From Vicugna vicugna (taxonomy: Eukaryota): DNA of 64,000 nt. The position numbers and the translations under genes were made by a program. The stretch lies in contig MU058059.1 of NCBI GenBank assembly GCA_013265495.1, forward strand, positions 2,145,502 through 2,209,501, written 5' to 3'. Below the pieces are notes generated by a model, which was given only the letters and a program-made list of their open reading frames with translations, made no database searches and was not told the origin of the DNA. Each line of letters opens with the position of its first letter. Position 1 is the first letter of the stretch. Below, in pieces: positions 1 through 13,422 of this stretch.

Positions 1-302
1 ACACTGTGAACCCACATCGCTTTGTTCAAAAATGAGTGAAGAGATTTAATCTGGAGATAAAACTTACAGACCTGCCTAGCAAGTGATGGGGTGATGTGGG
101 AAGATCCCCCTTGTCCAGGAGGAAATGTTCGGACTCCCCTCTACACATCCTCCGTGACTCGGGGTCATATCACCTGCTGGCCTCATTTTCTGTAAATCGA
201 GGGATGGGTTGACCTGAACCTTCAGGTTTTTATAGGTGTAATAAACACCTCTGTGTACTCAGGCTTTGCTAGCTTTGTACTTCCAAGCTTGCAATATTTT
301 CG

Positions 303-422
303 TTAAACATCATAATCGGAGATCACATCATTTGGTAATATCATTTGAAATTTACTGTTGCAATTCCGCTGAAGGGCAGCGTGATCATTGAAGCAGCACT
401 CTTGTATTGGAGCTTGCTTGTC
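303..422 (-). CDS. Candidate terminal coding exon of an unidentified minus-strand gene (DKQAPIQECCFNDHAALQRNCNSKFQMILPNDVISDYDV*)
   Basis: AG at 424-423 with a weak pyrimidine tract; 39 open codons then TAA at 305-303; phase 0 matches the donor after 893; ATTAAA on the minus strand at 50-45. Confidence 0.45.
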   Translation of the reverse strand, partial: DKQAPIQECCFNDHAALQRNCNSKFQMILPNDVISDYDV

Positions 423-892
423 CTTTATTAAACACTAAATTCTACCTCCTTATGCTCTCAGCCGTCTCTTAAGATCATTGGCTAAAAAGCAGTTAACACT
501 CAGAGACACAAGTCTAAGCTTATAAAAGAACTCAAAACAAATGTCCTGAAGTTATTCCAAAATGAAACACAAAATTGCATCCCAATTACTAAGGAGAATG
601 AGGCCCAAAAGCATTTCCACCTACGTCTGCTTGGCCCACGGTATGTGTCATGAGGATGGAGACCTTCTTGTGGGTCCCTGAGCCGGTTCCCTCTGGCTTC
701 TGCTGGGACCTTGTTTCATTATTTATCCCACTGTGTCCCCCTGACGTTTCTGTCTGTCCCCTAGTTCCCTCCATGCCATCTACACACACCCCTTCACTTT
801 CTTAGCATGCTGTTTCTTCAGTTCTAAGACACACACTTTTCACATTTTACATCTCTGAAATCAGAGTGTCTCTCACCATGAAGCCCCCTTAC

Positions 893-1056
893 ACTGAGAC
901 TGAAAGTTTTTGTTTCTTTCTTGGAACGTAAAACGCTGGTGTGCCCGACAGCTGATGATGTCGTTGACTGGACGTCATCCAATGCAAAGCCGTTCTTTGC
1001 CCTTGTACCGCTGTTACACTGTTTTAATAACTTTGCAGGGTAGGTAGTCTTCTCCC
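893..1056 (-). CDS. Candidate internal coding exon, phase 1 to 0 (GEKTTYPAKLLKQ...KETKTFSLS)
   Basis: Acceptor ccgtctcctcatctgcag|GGG (AG at 1058-1057); donor AGT|GTAAGG; lies in frame within ORF 824..1240. Confidence 0.55.
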
Positions 1057-2559
1057 CTGCAGATGAGGAGACGGTTTGAACAAAGTGAACCTGTGTGTCC
1101 ACAGGCATCCAACAGGTAGCAAAGTCTGATTCCTTTCCGGGGACGTCTGCCTTCAAAGCTGCGTGCTTTCCTCGGCCAGCCTCTTTGACACACCAGCACA
1201 AAACAAGAGCACTGGGGTTCTGACGCTGGCCATGATTCATGTGTTTATCCCCTTTCTGATCTCCATTCCACCCTCGGGCACATCCTAACTTACTTCTGTT
1301 CTTTACATATGTAGATGAAATACATAACTGTAGAGGGAAAAAAATTGCATAACGGATTGCATTCTCTCACAGAAATATACCAGATCAAAGGGACGAATAA
1401 ACCACTACGCAAAAAATCATTGATAATCATAGGGGAAGGGTTTCAAAGAGAGAAAAATTCAGCTTGTTTATCTAATGTCTGGTCATTAAATTACTTATCG
1501 TCCTGAATTCTCGTGAGTCACACTTATAAATGGGAGAGTTGCTGCAGGGAAAGAAAAGAAGTGAGCAAGGGCGGAAGGAAAGGTGTCTCAGGCTGGGTGG
1601 GCAGGAACACTGAGGACCAGAGGGCATAAGGGGTGGGTCCTCTGGTCCCCAGGTGCAGGTGGGCGAGACCCTCTGCGTCTGTGTACAGACAGCATCTTCC
1701 CAGAGGGCGTTCTGCTCTGCTCTGTAAAGCCCCAATCTCATCTGCAAAGGGCCTGACTGGTCTTACTTGCACTTAGCTGGGCGAAATTCCTCCCATTTCA
1801 TGTATTAAACCTGTGATTCTCTCACTGTGCATCACAGGAGCAGAGGTAGCACCGAGCACTCTCCGTGGCTTTACAGGGGAAGTGTGGCGGCCTTTTCAGC
1901 TGTCTTGACTCTGTGCCTTTCACACCAAGCCTCATCCAAGATCCAAGAGATAGGATCAGGTTTAAGAGCATTAGGTTGCTTGAAAATAGGGCACTGCGTT
2001 TAGACACACTCCCCAGAGATGCCGGGAGAGTCAGTGGGAAATGCAAGCTTAAAGACAGAGTTAATTGGTGAATTTAGGGTAGTTGGCCAGACTGTGCGTT
2101 AATTATCTGTGGTGATGGACAAGGGGAGACTAGTGCAGACTACATATTTTTAAGTATCAGGTCCAATGGAAAATAAGTGAAGGAAAGTAGTAAGCTTTTA
2201 AAAGGTATTTATTTTCTGCCTGTGGAATGAGATGGATACAGGTCAGTAAAAAGATAGGGCCTTTTCCTCTCACATCCATGAAGATCAGTTTTCAGTCCTT
2301 TCCTGTGTAGGAAAGGGAAGAATCTTGAATTATACAGTTTATATTTTAGAAAGTGTGGACAATCAGAAACCTTGTATTTCCCATATTGTATAGATAGGTG
2401 ATTTGGCTTTCTTAAAATTACCTTACAACAATTGTTAAAACTACGTAAAACAATTAGAGAGCCTATTTGATTCATTAGATAACAAGAGAAAGAATAATTT
2501 AGATGCTTTTATCATCGGATTCCTACATTGTTTTCTTAAGCTCTACTTTATGGAGAGAT

Positions 2560-2740
2560 TATTTCTGTGCAAAAACCGAATGCATTGAAAGTGTGCGGTT
2601 CCCGAGCACTTACCTGAGAAAGCGCCACCACAGCCAAGATGCACAACGTCTCCATCACCCCTGGAAGACTCCCCCTGCCCCTATAAAGTCCATCCCTCCC
2701 TCCACCCACTACCGCAGGCAACCTCTCATCTTTTCGTCAC
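2560..2740 (-). mobile_element. Old L1 (L1M-type) 3' fragment
   Basis: Resembles the L1MB/MC 3' motif ccaccacagccaagat...tccatcacccc...aggcaacc. Confidence 0.55.
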
Positions 2741-3119
2741 AATTTTTTTTTTAATACAGAAATTTGTTTGTTGCCACTTCTGGTGAGGAGTCAAAGAGGG
2801 TCATGAGGGTGTAGAGAATTTGGGGGGTTATTTTGAAAGACTGTCCAGGGGAGAGAGCTCTACACTCCTCCTCATTGTCCTACTGGCAGGAAGGGACAGA
2901 TCGGGCTGGAGTTAAGCCGTCAGATCTCCAAACGTCTGAGAAAAGAGGCACAGTGGGGAGGCCAGACACACCCTCTCTCCTCTCTCTGGTTCATCGGACA
3001 AAGCAGACTTCACAGCCAGCAGTGTTAGCACAAGTGCAGGTGCCGGGGGTGGGGAGGACGCCGGGCGAAGGCAGGCAGTGCCACCTGTGTGCTTCCAGGC
3101 AAGTAGCTCCACCTCCCAC

Positions 3120-3263
3120 CTGCCCTGGCTCTTTCACTTCTCCAGCAAAGTGAGAACGGAGGCTCGAGGGCCTCTAAAGACTCTGCCTCTGCCGGGTCTA
3201 CAAATCCACGTTCAGCCTTAGACGAGCTCTTCAGAACACTGGCTGAGTCTGGGTTGTCTGCTG
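3120..3263 (-). CDS. Candidate internal coding exon, 144 nt, phase 1-1 (ADNPDSASVLK...RSERARA)
   Basis: Acceptor ttttgattctgtttttgtgccacttgctcgattcag; donor CAG|GTGGGA; in frame within ORF 3025..3297; joins exon 1056-893 in frame. Confidence 0.55.
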
Positions 3264-3619
3264 CTGAATCGAGCAAGTGGCACAAAAACAGAATCAAAAA
3301 TTTACAGGAGAAATACTCAACAGCTCTCTAGATCTCTTGCAGAAATTAACCTTTCACCTGGATGGTCTGGTACAAGCTGCTAGTTCAATTGTCTCTTTTA
3401 GCTCTTTTCAACCTTTATTTTAATGATTCTGTCACTGTGATCCAGCTCTGAGAACTAAGAGGAAAATGCAAAGGAAACAACGTTAATGTCTCTGTTTCTT
3501 GTTGAAAAATACTGTTTTCCTGGAGGAAATACTATGTTTACTTTTTAAAGACTGCACTGTTTTAGCTTAACTTCTGGGTTGCTGTCATTTAAAGAGGGTT
3601 TTGAAACCAATCAATATAA

Positions 3620-3735
3620 GGGGAGGGTATAGCTTAAGTGGTAGAGTGCATGCTTAGCATGCAAGAGGTCCTGTGTTCAATCCCCAGTACCTCCTCCAAA
3701 TATCAATTAATTACCTTCCCCCATAAAAAAAAAAA
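3620..3735 (+). mobile_element. tRNA-Ala-derived SINE (camelid type)
   Basis: GGGGAGGGTATAGCT...GTTCAATCCCCAGTACC head, A tail; diverged TSD gaaaccaatcaatataa (3603-3619) / gaaaccaaccaacacaa (3736-3752). Confidence 0.9.
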
Positions 3736-4609
3736 GAAACCAACCAACACAAAAATTATAATTTTCTAATGCTTATTTTAGCAATCAGAAGAAAAACAGA
3801 AAGATACTTGAGTCCTTTCAGAAAATCCTATTCCAGATTACTAATACAGGCAATTGTCATGCTGTTATAAATTGAGTCATAACAAAAGTTATAACCTTCA
3901 CTTTCTTTTAATAAGAAAAATATTCGGAGGAGGGGCAAGTCAGACTTCAAAATCACTTTTCTGCTTTTTCAGAGACATTTCTACATTTTCTTTCTAATTT
4001 TCACACAGTTTCTAACTCTGTGGATACATGAATCTTGCAAATGTTCAACTCAACTATTTCAGAGTTTCTGATCTAATCTGTGAATTTTATCAGTTTTCCC
4101 CTACTTACGATTACTCTCTGATACCTCATATATAAACCTAATTAACTCTATTTTACTACCATTATTGTAAAATATTGAGGGTAAGAAACTTGAAATTTTT
4201 AACTATAATGAAATTTGTGGATTTTTGGGGAGCAGTGGAACCAATAGAAGTCATGTGGATTTTTTTAAAGCCTCAGTCTAAACCAACTCTAAATGTCATA
4301 ACTGTTTTTTTATTTAACCTGATTCAGCAAACTAAAAACAATGAGAAAATATATTTGACCTGCAAATAAACTTGATTCTTTTCTAACATAATTTTGGAGC
4401 CTGAAAATAATTTCTGAACCTGAACCAAACCAATATACTAGTTGATTTGCATCTCAGCTCTATACCTCTGTAACTTTGTTTATTCATTATCTCATTTAAA
4501 ACTTACTATGAATATACCATCTTCAAAAGGTAACCATACAGATTTTATTTTAAATAATTCCTATTAGTATAGATTGTGCTCATGCAGCAAAGTTGTGTAT
4601 CATTTCAAT

Positions 4610-4975
4610 AACTTATACAGACATGTATATGTGTATATACAGATACACGAACAATGTACATGTGTATATGGATACAGATACAAACTAATGATGTAGTGTA
4701 TACCATAATACAATATTGCTATACCTTATAGGTAGCTTAAAAACTATCCTTTATACAAAGATTTTAACCATTATATGTTTATAATATTATAGATGTAAAT
4801 TTTATACATTTTATATACTATTATAATATGGTATATTATATAGGTATATATTATATAGGTATATGTATATAATTTACATTATAATATATACTTTAACATA
4901 TTTTATATTTAATATATCAATATATTATAAATAATTACTATATGAAATATTATATAGTTATAGGTATATAATTCT
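4610..4975. repeat. AT-rich (TA)n-like low-complexity tract
   Basis: Degenerate tatata/attata runs. Confidence 0.8.
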
Positions 4976-5839
4976 TTTTCTTTTTTTCTTTCTTTGGTTG
5001 CAGGCTGTGGAATGTGTTCTAAATTTTCAGTTAAATTCTTACTCGTCCACTCGTTCATTGTAGATCAGCTCCATTTCTTTCAAATCCTGAGCTTATAAAC
5101 CTCTACTAATTTGCATAGCTATGCATGCCATCTTAAATGTGAAGGAGATTAACAGTAGGGAATTGGAACATACTGCAAGAGGGGTCAGCAATTTGCACTG
5201 GTCCGTTAGCCCTGGGATGAGGGACAGCAGTGTCTTGGGTGTTGTGAAAGGTGGGAGACGGACAGCGGCTGAGCCCGCAGCAGCCAGCGCACTCCAAGTC
5301 CAGCAAACAGAGGCCCCAACAATGCCTTTTTTCAGGCTTCCACACGCTAAGTGGGGACGAAGACCTGCTGAAGGTCAAGAGGTGCTGCAGCTATCAAGAC
5401 AGACAGGCTCAAATGTCATACTGAAGTCAAAAAGTTGTACCTGCTGCAACCACAGGGATCAGGACAGAATCCCCTGCTGGCTGGGCCTAGCTGTCCGCAG
5501 AGATCGCGTCTGTCCCAGGAGGCCTTGCAGGGTGGAAGCTTCTGTTCCTGGTCCCAAGTCTCCAGTTTCTCCATCACTAGTGTTGCCACAGTTTAAGCTG
5601 TATTTAAAATGTCAAGGAAGACAAGGGGTTCATTAGAAAACCAGGAAATTCTCCTAAGGTGGTCACATCCTCTGAGCAATGCACCTGTATAAACAGGATT
5701 TCAGCTTCCTGGAGTGCATGTGGCATTCATGATGAAAAAAGTCTTATTTTTCATAGAACAATTTATTGAGTGTTTACTACAGAATGTGAACATTTATGGA
5801 ATACTTGCTATAAGATGTGAACTCCATGAGCTTTCGAGA

Positions 5840-5897
5840 TGTGTGTGTGTGTGTGTGTGTCTGTGTGTGTGTGTTTGTGTGTATGTGTATGTGTGTG
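5840..5897. repeat. (TG)n microsatellite, flanked by L2 and MIR fragments
   Basis: Visible TG run; L2 tail cagtaaatatattttgaatgagtg at about 5950-5975; MIR core tttgcagatgagaac at about 6070. Confidence 0.9.
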
Positions 5898-8388
5898 AGA
5901 TTTTTGTCTCTGGTCCATTGTTACCCCCCAAATGCTATGCACTTGGCACTCAGTAAATATATTTTGAATGAGTGGTTGTTTCCAGAACCATCCACAGGAT
6001 CTAATACTTTACATATATTATGTCACTTAAATTTCAGCAACTCAAATAACAGACACTGCACACCCCAGTTTGCAGATGAGAACCCCAGTAACAGAGGGTT
6101 AAGAAATACGTCCCTGATCCCACACGCAGAGGGAACAGGCTCAGCGTTTGGACCCTCGAGTTCCCTGAATCATATCTCATTATCTCAGACAGCCAATGCC
6201 TCACTCTTGTTTTCTACTAAAACATAACCAACCTTCTTCCAAGTATTTCATGACCAGTCTGGGTTTCCCACTTCTAGGATGTTGACTTCTACTGTTCTGG
6301 CACTTGGGAAACGTTTCCTTTCAGATTTGCAGTCCTTGTCCGCTCGCTCCTTTCATTGTCCATGTCTGAGGCTTCCAGCCAGGTTTGCATTGATCCATCT
6401 GAAGAGGTTAGCCTGGAAAAGGCCGCCCTCAACAGGGTTTGGGGACGGCCATCTCCCCATGCTGTGGGGAGCCCTCACTTTCGCCTACATTGCTGACTTG
6501 TGCTGGTGGAAGACAGGCTGCTTTTTTTCAGGTCATTAAATGAGTTTGGCTCTGAAGATAGAGGCTGTATGGAAACATCCAGAGATGTTTCTTTGGTTTC
6601 TGCATACTGGGAACTGTGGGCTACAGCCATCCATCCTCTGTTACAACTGATGAGCCCACTCCTGCCCTGAAAGGCCAGCATCTCAGTTTCCACGACTGCT
6701 CCCTCCTGAGCCAGTGGTGACTCACAGTGGCTTCTGTAACACGGGCACTTGAATTAGGAGCTGGAGTGAGACCATACAGACAGCAGAGTGGCTACAAAAC
6801 AAGGAAATTACTTTCAGCTATGACAGAATGGGACCATGTGAGCTGCAGGTGATCAACTCTGGAACCCATTAATATTTCTCAATTTTAGCCATTTCCCATA
6901 GGAAAGGAAAATGGCTAGCTGTTTTATTTTTCCTGGAAGGATTACCTTCCCATTAATACTGTCTTTTTAAAAAAAGTTTTATAACTGTCTCATGGGCAGT
7001 AAACTTCATTTATGTTCTGGGGATGAGGCTTGGACTTGGAGCAAAATAATCCAGAATCAAATGGAAAATAAGGATTATAATCTACCTCTAGGGCTTTCTT
7101 GAGTAATAGTCAAAACACAGAGAGGGAGAAACAGGCCACCGTCACCCACAGAATTCATGGCCTGCTGGAAACAACATGAACCAGGCAATAGCGGCTGCAA
7201 TAACTATTTGTATTTTGGACATGTTCAAAGCATAGAGATTAGAGGAGAGAAATGGATTAGGATTTAGCAGTCCCTAGCCATTAAAGTGAAGCATTCTCTC
7301 TGAGAGTCGGCGTGAACTCTTCTCCTTTATCCCATTCCCCCCAACTGCTAAAAAAATCTAGGAGGGTAATTTAGAAAGTTAAGCTAGATAAGGCCTAAAG
7401 GGAATTCAAGATCTTACAAAGTATCTACACCAGGATACAGGGACAAAGAAGCCTGGGTGTGCTTTCATCAAGATGTAATTTTTATGTATCAGAGAGAATA
7501 TGACACTCGCCAACTTGAAAAGGCAGTATTAGGTCCTGGGGACCCATGAGCAGTTTTTTGAGGAGAAGGCCCGTAACTTCATCAGGCGCCCATGGGCGGT
7601 TGTCATTTATTAGGTTACGAAGCATTGTTCCAGCGAAGTATTGAATTTTTCACGCTACGGCAACACCTGCCTTCTGGTCATTTAACCAGGATGTCTGAAG
7701 GTTTAGACTCCCCAGGGCGTCCACTTCTAGGAAGAGAGTCAGACCTGGATCTGGAGTGAACAAGCTACATGTGGCAGTAAAATAACCTCAGATGAGGCAA
7801 CGGAAGGAAACTTCTCAGGGCTGCTAAGCACAGAGAAGGAAACGTGTTGGCTAGTAGCCTGATAGTAGCCTGCTGCCCTGAAAAAACAGCTTATTTCCTC
7901 ATCTGTTGAGCAGGTCACTCAGAGACGCTCCCAAGCCTCATTCTGATTGTCCCCAGACACAGGGCAGAGAAGTCGAGAACGAGAATGACTTCTCCCAGCA
8001 CCGCCACTGCCTGCTCCCAGCTATGGCAGCCCCATCATCCGCTAGACTGCCCAGTGCATCTTTCTTTGTCTTACTTGTCACCGGGTCGAGCTCAATACAA
8101 CATTACATTTTATTTATTTATGTGGCATGTCATTCCTGCTCCCCCAACGGGTTTGAAGACCCAAAACTTTAAGGAGCTGTTTTGCTGGGTACGAAGACAC
8201 AGCTGGAGTGAGAATTATAGCTGGTCTGAAACTCTAGGCATCGGTGGGCATCTATGGATGATCATGGACCCTTGTCACAGAAAAATGTACACTTACCCCA
8301 AGCAGATCATTTGCTGTTTAAGTAGGTTCCCAGATCCTCACAGCCCATGTATGGAGTCCGTGGATTTCAGATTAAGAAGCCCTGTCTA

Positions 8389-8584
8389 CAGCAGGAATTC
8401 TCAACCTTAACACTGGATGTTTGGGGATAGAAGAGTCTTTGCAGTGGGCAGTCCTGTGCGTTGTGGGATGTTTAGCACATCCTGACCTCTACTCGCTAGA
8501 TCTGTGACATCTGCTAGACCTCTCTCCATCTGCGACAACCAGAAGTGTCCCCAGACATTGCCCTTCCCCAGATGAGAACCACTG
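8389..8584. mobile_element. MER20 (hAT-Charlie MITE)
   Basis: ttctcaacc...gtcctgtgcgttgtgggatgtttagca...ccagacattgcc...tgagaaccactg. Confidence 0.85.
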
Positions 8585-9569
8585 GGGTGGACACACCACA
8601 ACGGGGCTTTATGAAATCATCTCCCAAGGGGAAGAAGGCCCTCTTATGCCCTCATTGTGGCCAGATTGTCTAGATTCACAAGTGGAACAGGAGCCCACAG
8701 CTGTCTGACATTTTCACTTTCATGCACTCACTCAACAGCACCACCACCCAGTGACATGGCAGCCACCCACGTAATCAGCAGCCAATCCAGGTTTAAAGCT
8801 GTGTCTTCTGATGTCAAACCCAGTGCTCTTTTCAGATGCGTGGTAAGGTCACTGGACTATAACTCAAAGTTCTAGTGGCGCTTCTGGCCCTTAATCAGCT
8901 ATGCAAGCCCTTAAATTGTTTGCAACTCAGACCTAGGTGACTCAGCTGTGCAGCAGGAAGGATACCTCTGCCTGCTTCATGGGAAAGTTAGAGGAACAGA
9001 CAAGAGGCTGCTGAGGGACAGCAGTGAAAGCCTGCCCACCCCAGCTTAAATGTAAGGTGTTATTAAACTGAAAAGTATCCATTAGCCTATAAGAGTTACA
9101 TGGACGTCAGCACTCTGAAACCTTCTTTATGAATAGAATCTTGCAAAATGAGAATGCCCGTGGAATACTAAAGACTGAAATGGCCCAGGGATTGGCTGTC
9201 ACACTTGACACTAATTTCCTTTTGCACGGTCCAGTAGAGTTGGTGTATTCAAAACCAGTTGTTCTGTGTTCCAAAAAGAAGTCACTCTAAGAAGAAATAA
9301 AATAAGCTAACAATAACGGACTATTCTTTTTTGTCAATTTCCAAAGCTTCCATTGGAGTTGCAGTCCAACAATGATGCTATCTGAGTAGAATAAAAACAC
9401 CCTGACATGAATCTGTAAAGAATGATAAATGAGTCACATCTTGCTCATGCTTAAAAACAGAAAGCCCACGTGACTCTGGAACGTGGGCACAAAGGAAGGT
9501 GAACTGGTGGTCTTGGGTCTTGGCATGTGTCCCCTCACGGCTTGTTCTGCAGTCTGACAGTGACAGTCA

Positions 9570-10600
9570 CACTACCGTAAGGGTAGCTGGTTCTTCCTCA
9601 CGAGAAGCCTGGGTGGGAGCTGGAAGCAATCACATCTATTGTTAGCTTCCGGGCTGTAGCGGACGCAGGGCATCAGCAGTGGTCCAGACATCAGATGTCA
9701 TCTTCTGGTCCCTCATCCGAGGGCTGTAGCCTCTCCAGAATGATAATTAGAATAATTCTTATTCAATTGCTGTTTGGAGCCCATGAGAACAGAAAGATTA
9801 TGCTCAGCCCTAGAGGTCACTTGCTTGGCTAATTTTTCACTAATGATTTCTCGGTTGCTTTTTTTCAGGACAGAGAGAGAAAAAAAGTTCTCTTCCAGGG
9901 TTTAAGAAGAATGGTTAAGAGTCTTTACAAAGGGCAGGGCTCACAGGACTAGGGCTTTTTCAAAGAGGTGATGGCATGCACGGTCCCGCGAAACTGGTCA
10001 AGGCAGCACCGTGCCAACGATGTAATTTTCCAAAAGATGAGATTTGGGGGCAAGATGGCAGTCAAGGGAATGATAAATGACTGGGTGCCAGTAGGTGGAG
10101 TTGGCCCAGAGACGGCCATGAGGCTTATTAAATAATAACAAAGGACCCTGGGTGAAACTAGATTCTGAGGTTTATTGAAACACTGATGGAGAGAGACTGA
10201 ATAGGAATTAACTAGTTGGAGTATCGTGAGGCCAAAGTGGATGGAGCTGTTGCTATCTCTTACAAATTGTTATTTAATTGGGTTCCTGTCCTTCTGTCAG
10301 ATTAGTGTGACTGTGTCTTTAGAACCACAGGGTCCGAATGAAGCGCTGGGGGTTAAGGATGGCATCAGCGGATGATGGGTTTCCTCCTAAGGGAATTAAT
10401 GGTCTTGCTAGACCAAGAAGGGGGCCTATCTTGGGGGAGTAAACATAGGACTAGAAGGAGAAGACAAACCTCTTCATCTCCCTGGGGCTGAGAGTGAGTC
10501 TGGTGCTGTGATGGGCGTGCAGGTGCGTGGACCACAGGGTGGTGGAGACGGGCCTGGGGGAGTGAGGCTGGAAGTCAGGTCAGTGTAAGTTATCCATCCT
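9570..10600 (-). mobile_element. Possible degraded ERV internal/env-3' remnant
   Basis: Composition and motif resemblance only; no ORF. Confidence 0.25.
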
Positions 10601-10879
10601 CCTTCTCTCCTGCTGTTTTTGAAACTTCAATGAAATCTGGTCGAAAGCGTAGAGGATAAAGTTCTGAGAAACTAAAAACATTCTTTTTTGTTGTGTTTAC
10701 CCTCTCCCCATTCCATCAGTGATATCCACCGCTTCAGGGAAGGGCAGACACACCAAGGACAAAGACGTCAATTGAACGTTTGCATATCATTTTTAAACTG
10801 GTAACTGAAATGCTAAAAGCTGAGGATTTCTATGGCCAGAGCTGGGTTTTTGTTTTTTGAGGCAGAGAAGGATTTGTGA

Positions 10880-11450
10880 GCCCCAAACGCTGGGACAAAC
10901 AAGAGAGAAGGTGGGATGACATCCTGGCAGAGTTCTCACCCAAAAGATAAAAAGATGAAGCAGCTGACTTGAGGATAGGTTCCAGAGGGGAACGTGACCA
11001 CAGCACATGTGGTGGGGATGCCCCAGGAAGGCCCCTTCTCCCTGACCCCTCTGGACAGAGCTCAGGGCAGCAGGCAATGCTCCCTGCCCCCGAGTTTGCA
11101 GGGATCACAGCTGCAGAGCCTGAGAAGCAGCTAGTCTTGAGGTGAAGGACCACCCGCCTAACCAGACTGCAGGCAAAGCATGGCTTGTAGAAACGTAGTG
11201 GGGTGTTTTCAGCAGAGAGATGCTGAACATTTGCCTCCTCTCTGCCCTGAGCCTCTCCTAACTCCAGAGCCGTCAGAGAGCCCAGTAGATTGTATTATTT
11301 ACTCAAAATATTTGCAGCCCTAGAAGCTGCTGCTTCTGCCTGGGCCCCACTGATAAGAGGACACTGATCAAAGTGCAGCTGATATGTAATGTGAGTGAGA
11401 ATAAACCTTTATTGCAGCAAGCCACTGAGATTGTGGTGAGGGGCTGGCTT
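10880..11450 (+). mobile_element. MaLR (MLT1-like) LTR fragments
   Basis: Typical MLT 3' end gtgagaataaacctttattgcagcaagccactgagattgtgg at about 11395-11436. Confidence 0.5.
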
Positions 11451-13397
11451 GTCAGAAGCTAGTGTGAGATGCTCATTCAAAAGCTTTCCAAGTCCTTAAG
11501 GAGGGCTGGGATGGGCAGGGCACCTTGAAGTGGCTTTGTGGTTTTGAACAGGGTTGAGATGACACTAAGTGACCTGGGTTAGCCTGAAGACCAAAACACA
11601 GTAGACCATGGGACCCTCAGCGGTTGAGGAAGCAAGGTAGAATTCAACGAAAAACATCTACAAATGATGTGACATTAGCAGTGGACGTAATATTGAGCTG
11701 AGCTGAATAAAGGGAAAAATGGATGTTCCCTGGCGCAAAAGCCTTGGTGATTCTTTCGATTACCCACGGGGAGAGGTGATGACAGGGGAAAGGAAAACGT
11801 CCCAAACAAACTACGTACCCAAAATAGAATGAGAACTACGTAGAACATGGTACCTCATCTGCCCCCTCCCGCTACCACCAGCTTCACCAGCTAGTAGCTC
11901 TAACAGCCACTGAAGGTCTCATGACTGATGCCGTCAGAACGGCCAACAGGCTGCTTCCAGGGAGGAGCAGGGGGAGTTATCTCTATGGAGGTCGTATGAT
12001 ATTTTCTGCTTAGAACCTATAGCCAATCCTATAGACATACCTTGCAAGGCATCAGTGACCATGCCATGCTCCCATTTTGCAGCCCCCACCAACTGTCCCA
12101 GCTCACACTGGCGTTTGGTGATGCACACAGGGGTATAGCAAAACCCAGCAGCCACCCAGCCTTTAATCCATCCATTTGGCAACACTTTCTCCTGCAAAAG
12201 CAAAAAGACCATCTTTGGTGTGTGTTCGAGTCGCTGACACTGAGAGTGAGTCATCCCCGTGAAAGCTCTGGGGCACCCTGAGACGCCACCTGTCTGGAGC
12301 AGAAGCGCCACATTTGCAGATGCCTGTGGTTTGCCTAATTACATTTTCACAAACCTTGGGAAACCATCGAGTGCTTCAGCTGCACCGTGCGCGTGGGCTA
12401 ATGAGGTTTCCCAACTCCATGTTATAAAATTGTCACAGATTGTTTGTCAGAAAGCCACTGCCTTGTGACTAGAGCAGACTTGAATTTGGGGTGCCCACAT
12501 TTTAATAATAATTCTTTGTGGGTACAAAAATACCACATGACTTCCGTTACTGGCAACAAGTATTTTCTGAGTGTTTTCAATGCACCTAGTTTCACAGCTT
12601 TTTTGTCCCTCTGAGCATCTTTGAGGGATTGAAAGTGACAGGCACGGCTACCCTCATCCTTAAATTTGAGAAAGAAATAATGGTTTCCTAATAAAAATAG
12701 AGACCTCATCTTGAAATCAATCGATCAGTGTTGATTTCCTTTCCTTGTAGATGGATTAACTACTGTATACTCTTATGTTTACCTTTTCACAAATTATTGT
12801 AATTTGTCACCATCATTGCACTCACTTTTTTCTAAAGCACATTTAATGCAAGTACTATCATTCCATGGTTATTACGGGAGTGATGATCTGGTGAGTGGAT
12901 TATTCTTGCCCTTGGCCGGTAGGTTATTTCTCCTCCCTTCTTTCTCTTTGGGCTCCTTGCTTCGTACCCCGCTGTTGCTAATTATGAGTTCTCAACACCA
13001 CCTGGAGCATCACCGGGGCACCCTCCCCCCTACCCAGGTCTAATAACGCCCCTGCGGCCAGGGAAGCCTCCTGTCACCCGCAGCCGCTGGGCTCGAGCCT
13101 GGGAGCTCAGTATGAGGGCCTCTTGCCCGCTAGTGGGTGGGGTTCGATGGTAAACTCCTACCCCGCTTTGTCCTCAGGCCAAATTGCCTGGGCTTATTGA
13201 CCTCTCACTACTTCCGAAGCCCTCATGTAGAACTTCTCCAATCCTCGGGGGCAGGGTAGCTCACGGTCCACACTCCTTCTCCAGGAATCTCCTGGGCACC
13301 CTGGGTTTCTCTGTCCTGCTCTGTATGCCGGAAAATAATTCAGTTAAATGATTAATGTATGTTCTCTGCACAGAATTTGGAAAATGCAGAAAAATAA

Positions 13398-13422
13398 ACA
13401 CACACACATACACACACACACA
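13398..13422. repeat. (CA)n microsatellite
   Basis: Visible. Confidence 0.85.

Noticed and set aside
3620..3695. tRNA-Ala(AGC) gene
   Set aside because: Has an A tail and TSD, a mutated T-stem and two more dispersed copies (27020, 57504); it is a SINE.
5121..5636. 171-aa plus-strand ORF
   Set aside because: No homology, splice or promoter support that I can see; consistent with a chance ORF.
13266..13320. Minus-strand exon that could bridge the LTR-initiated frame to exon 3263
   Set aside because: The phase fits (2 to 1) but both splice sites are weak and it was found post hoc; too speculative without reads.
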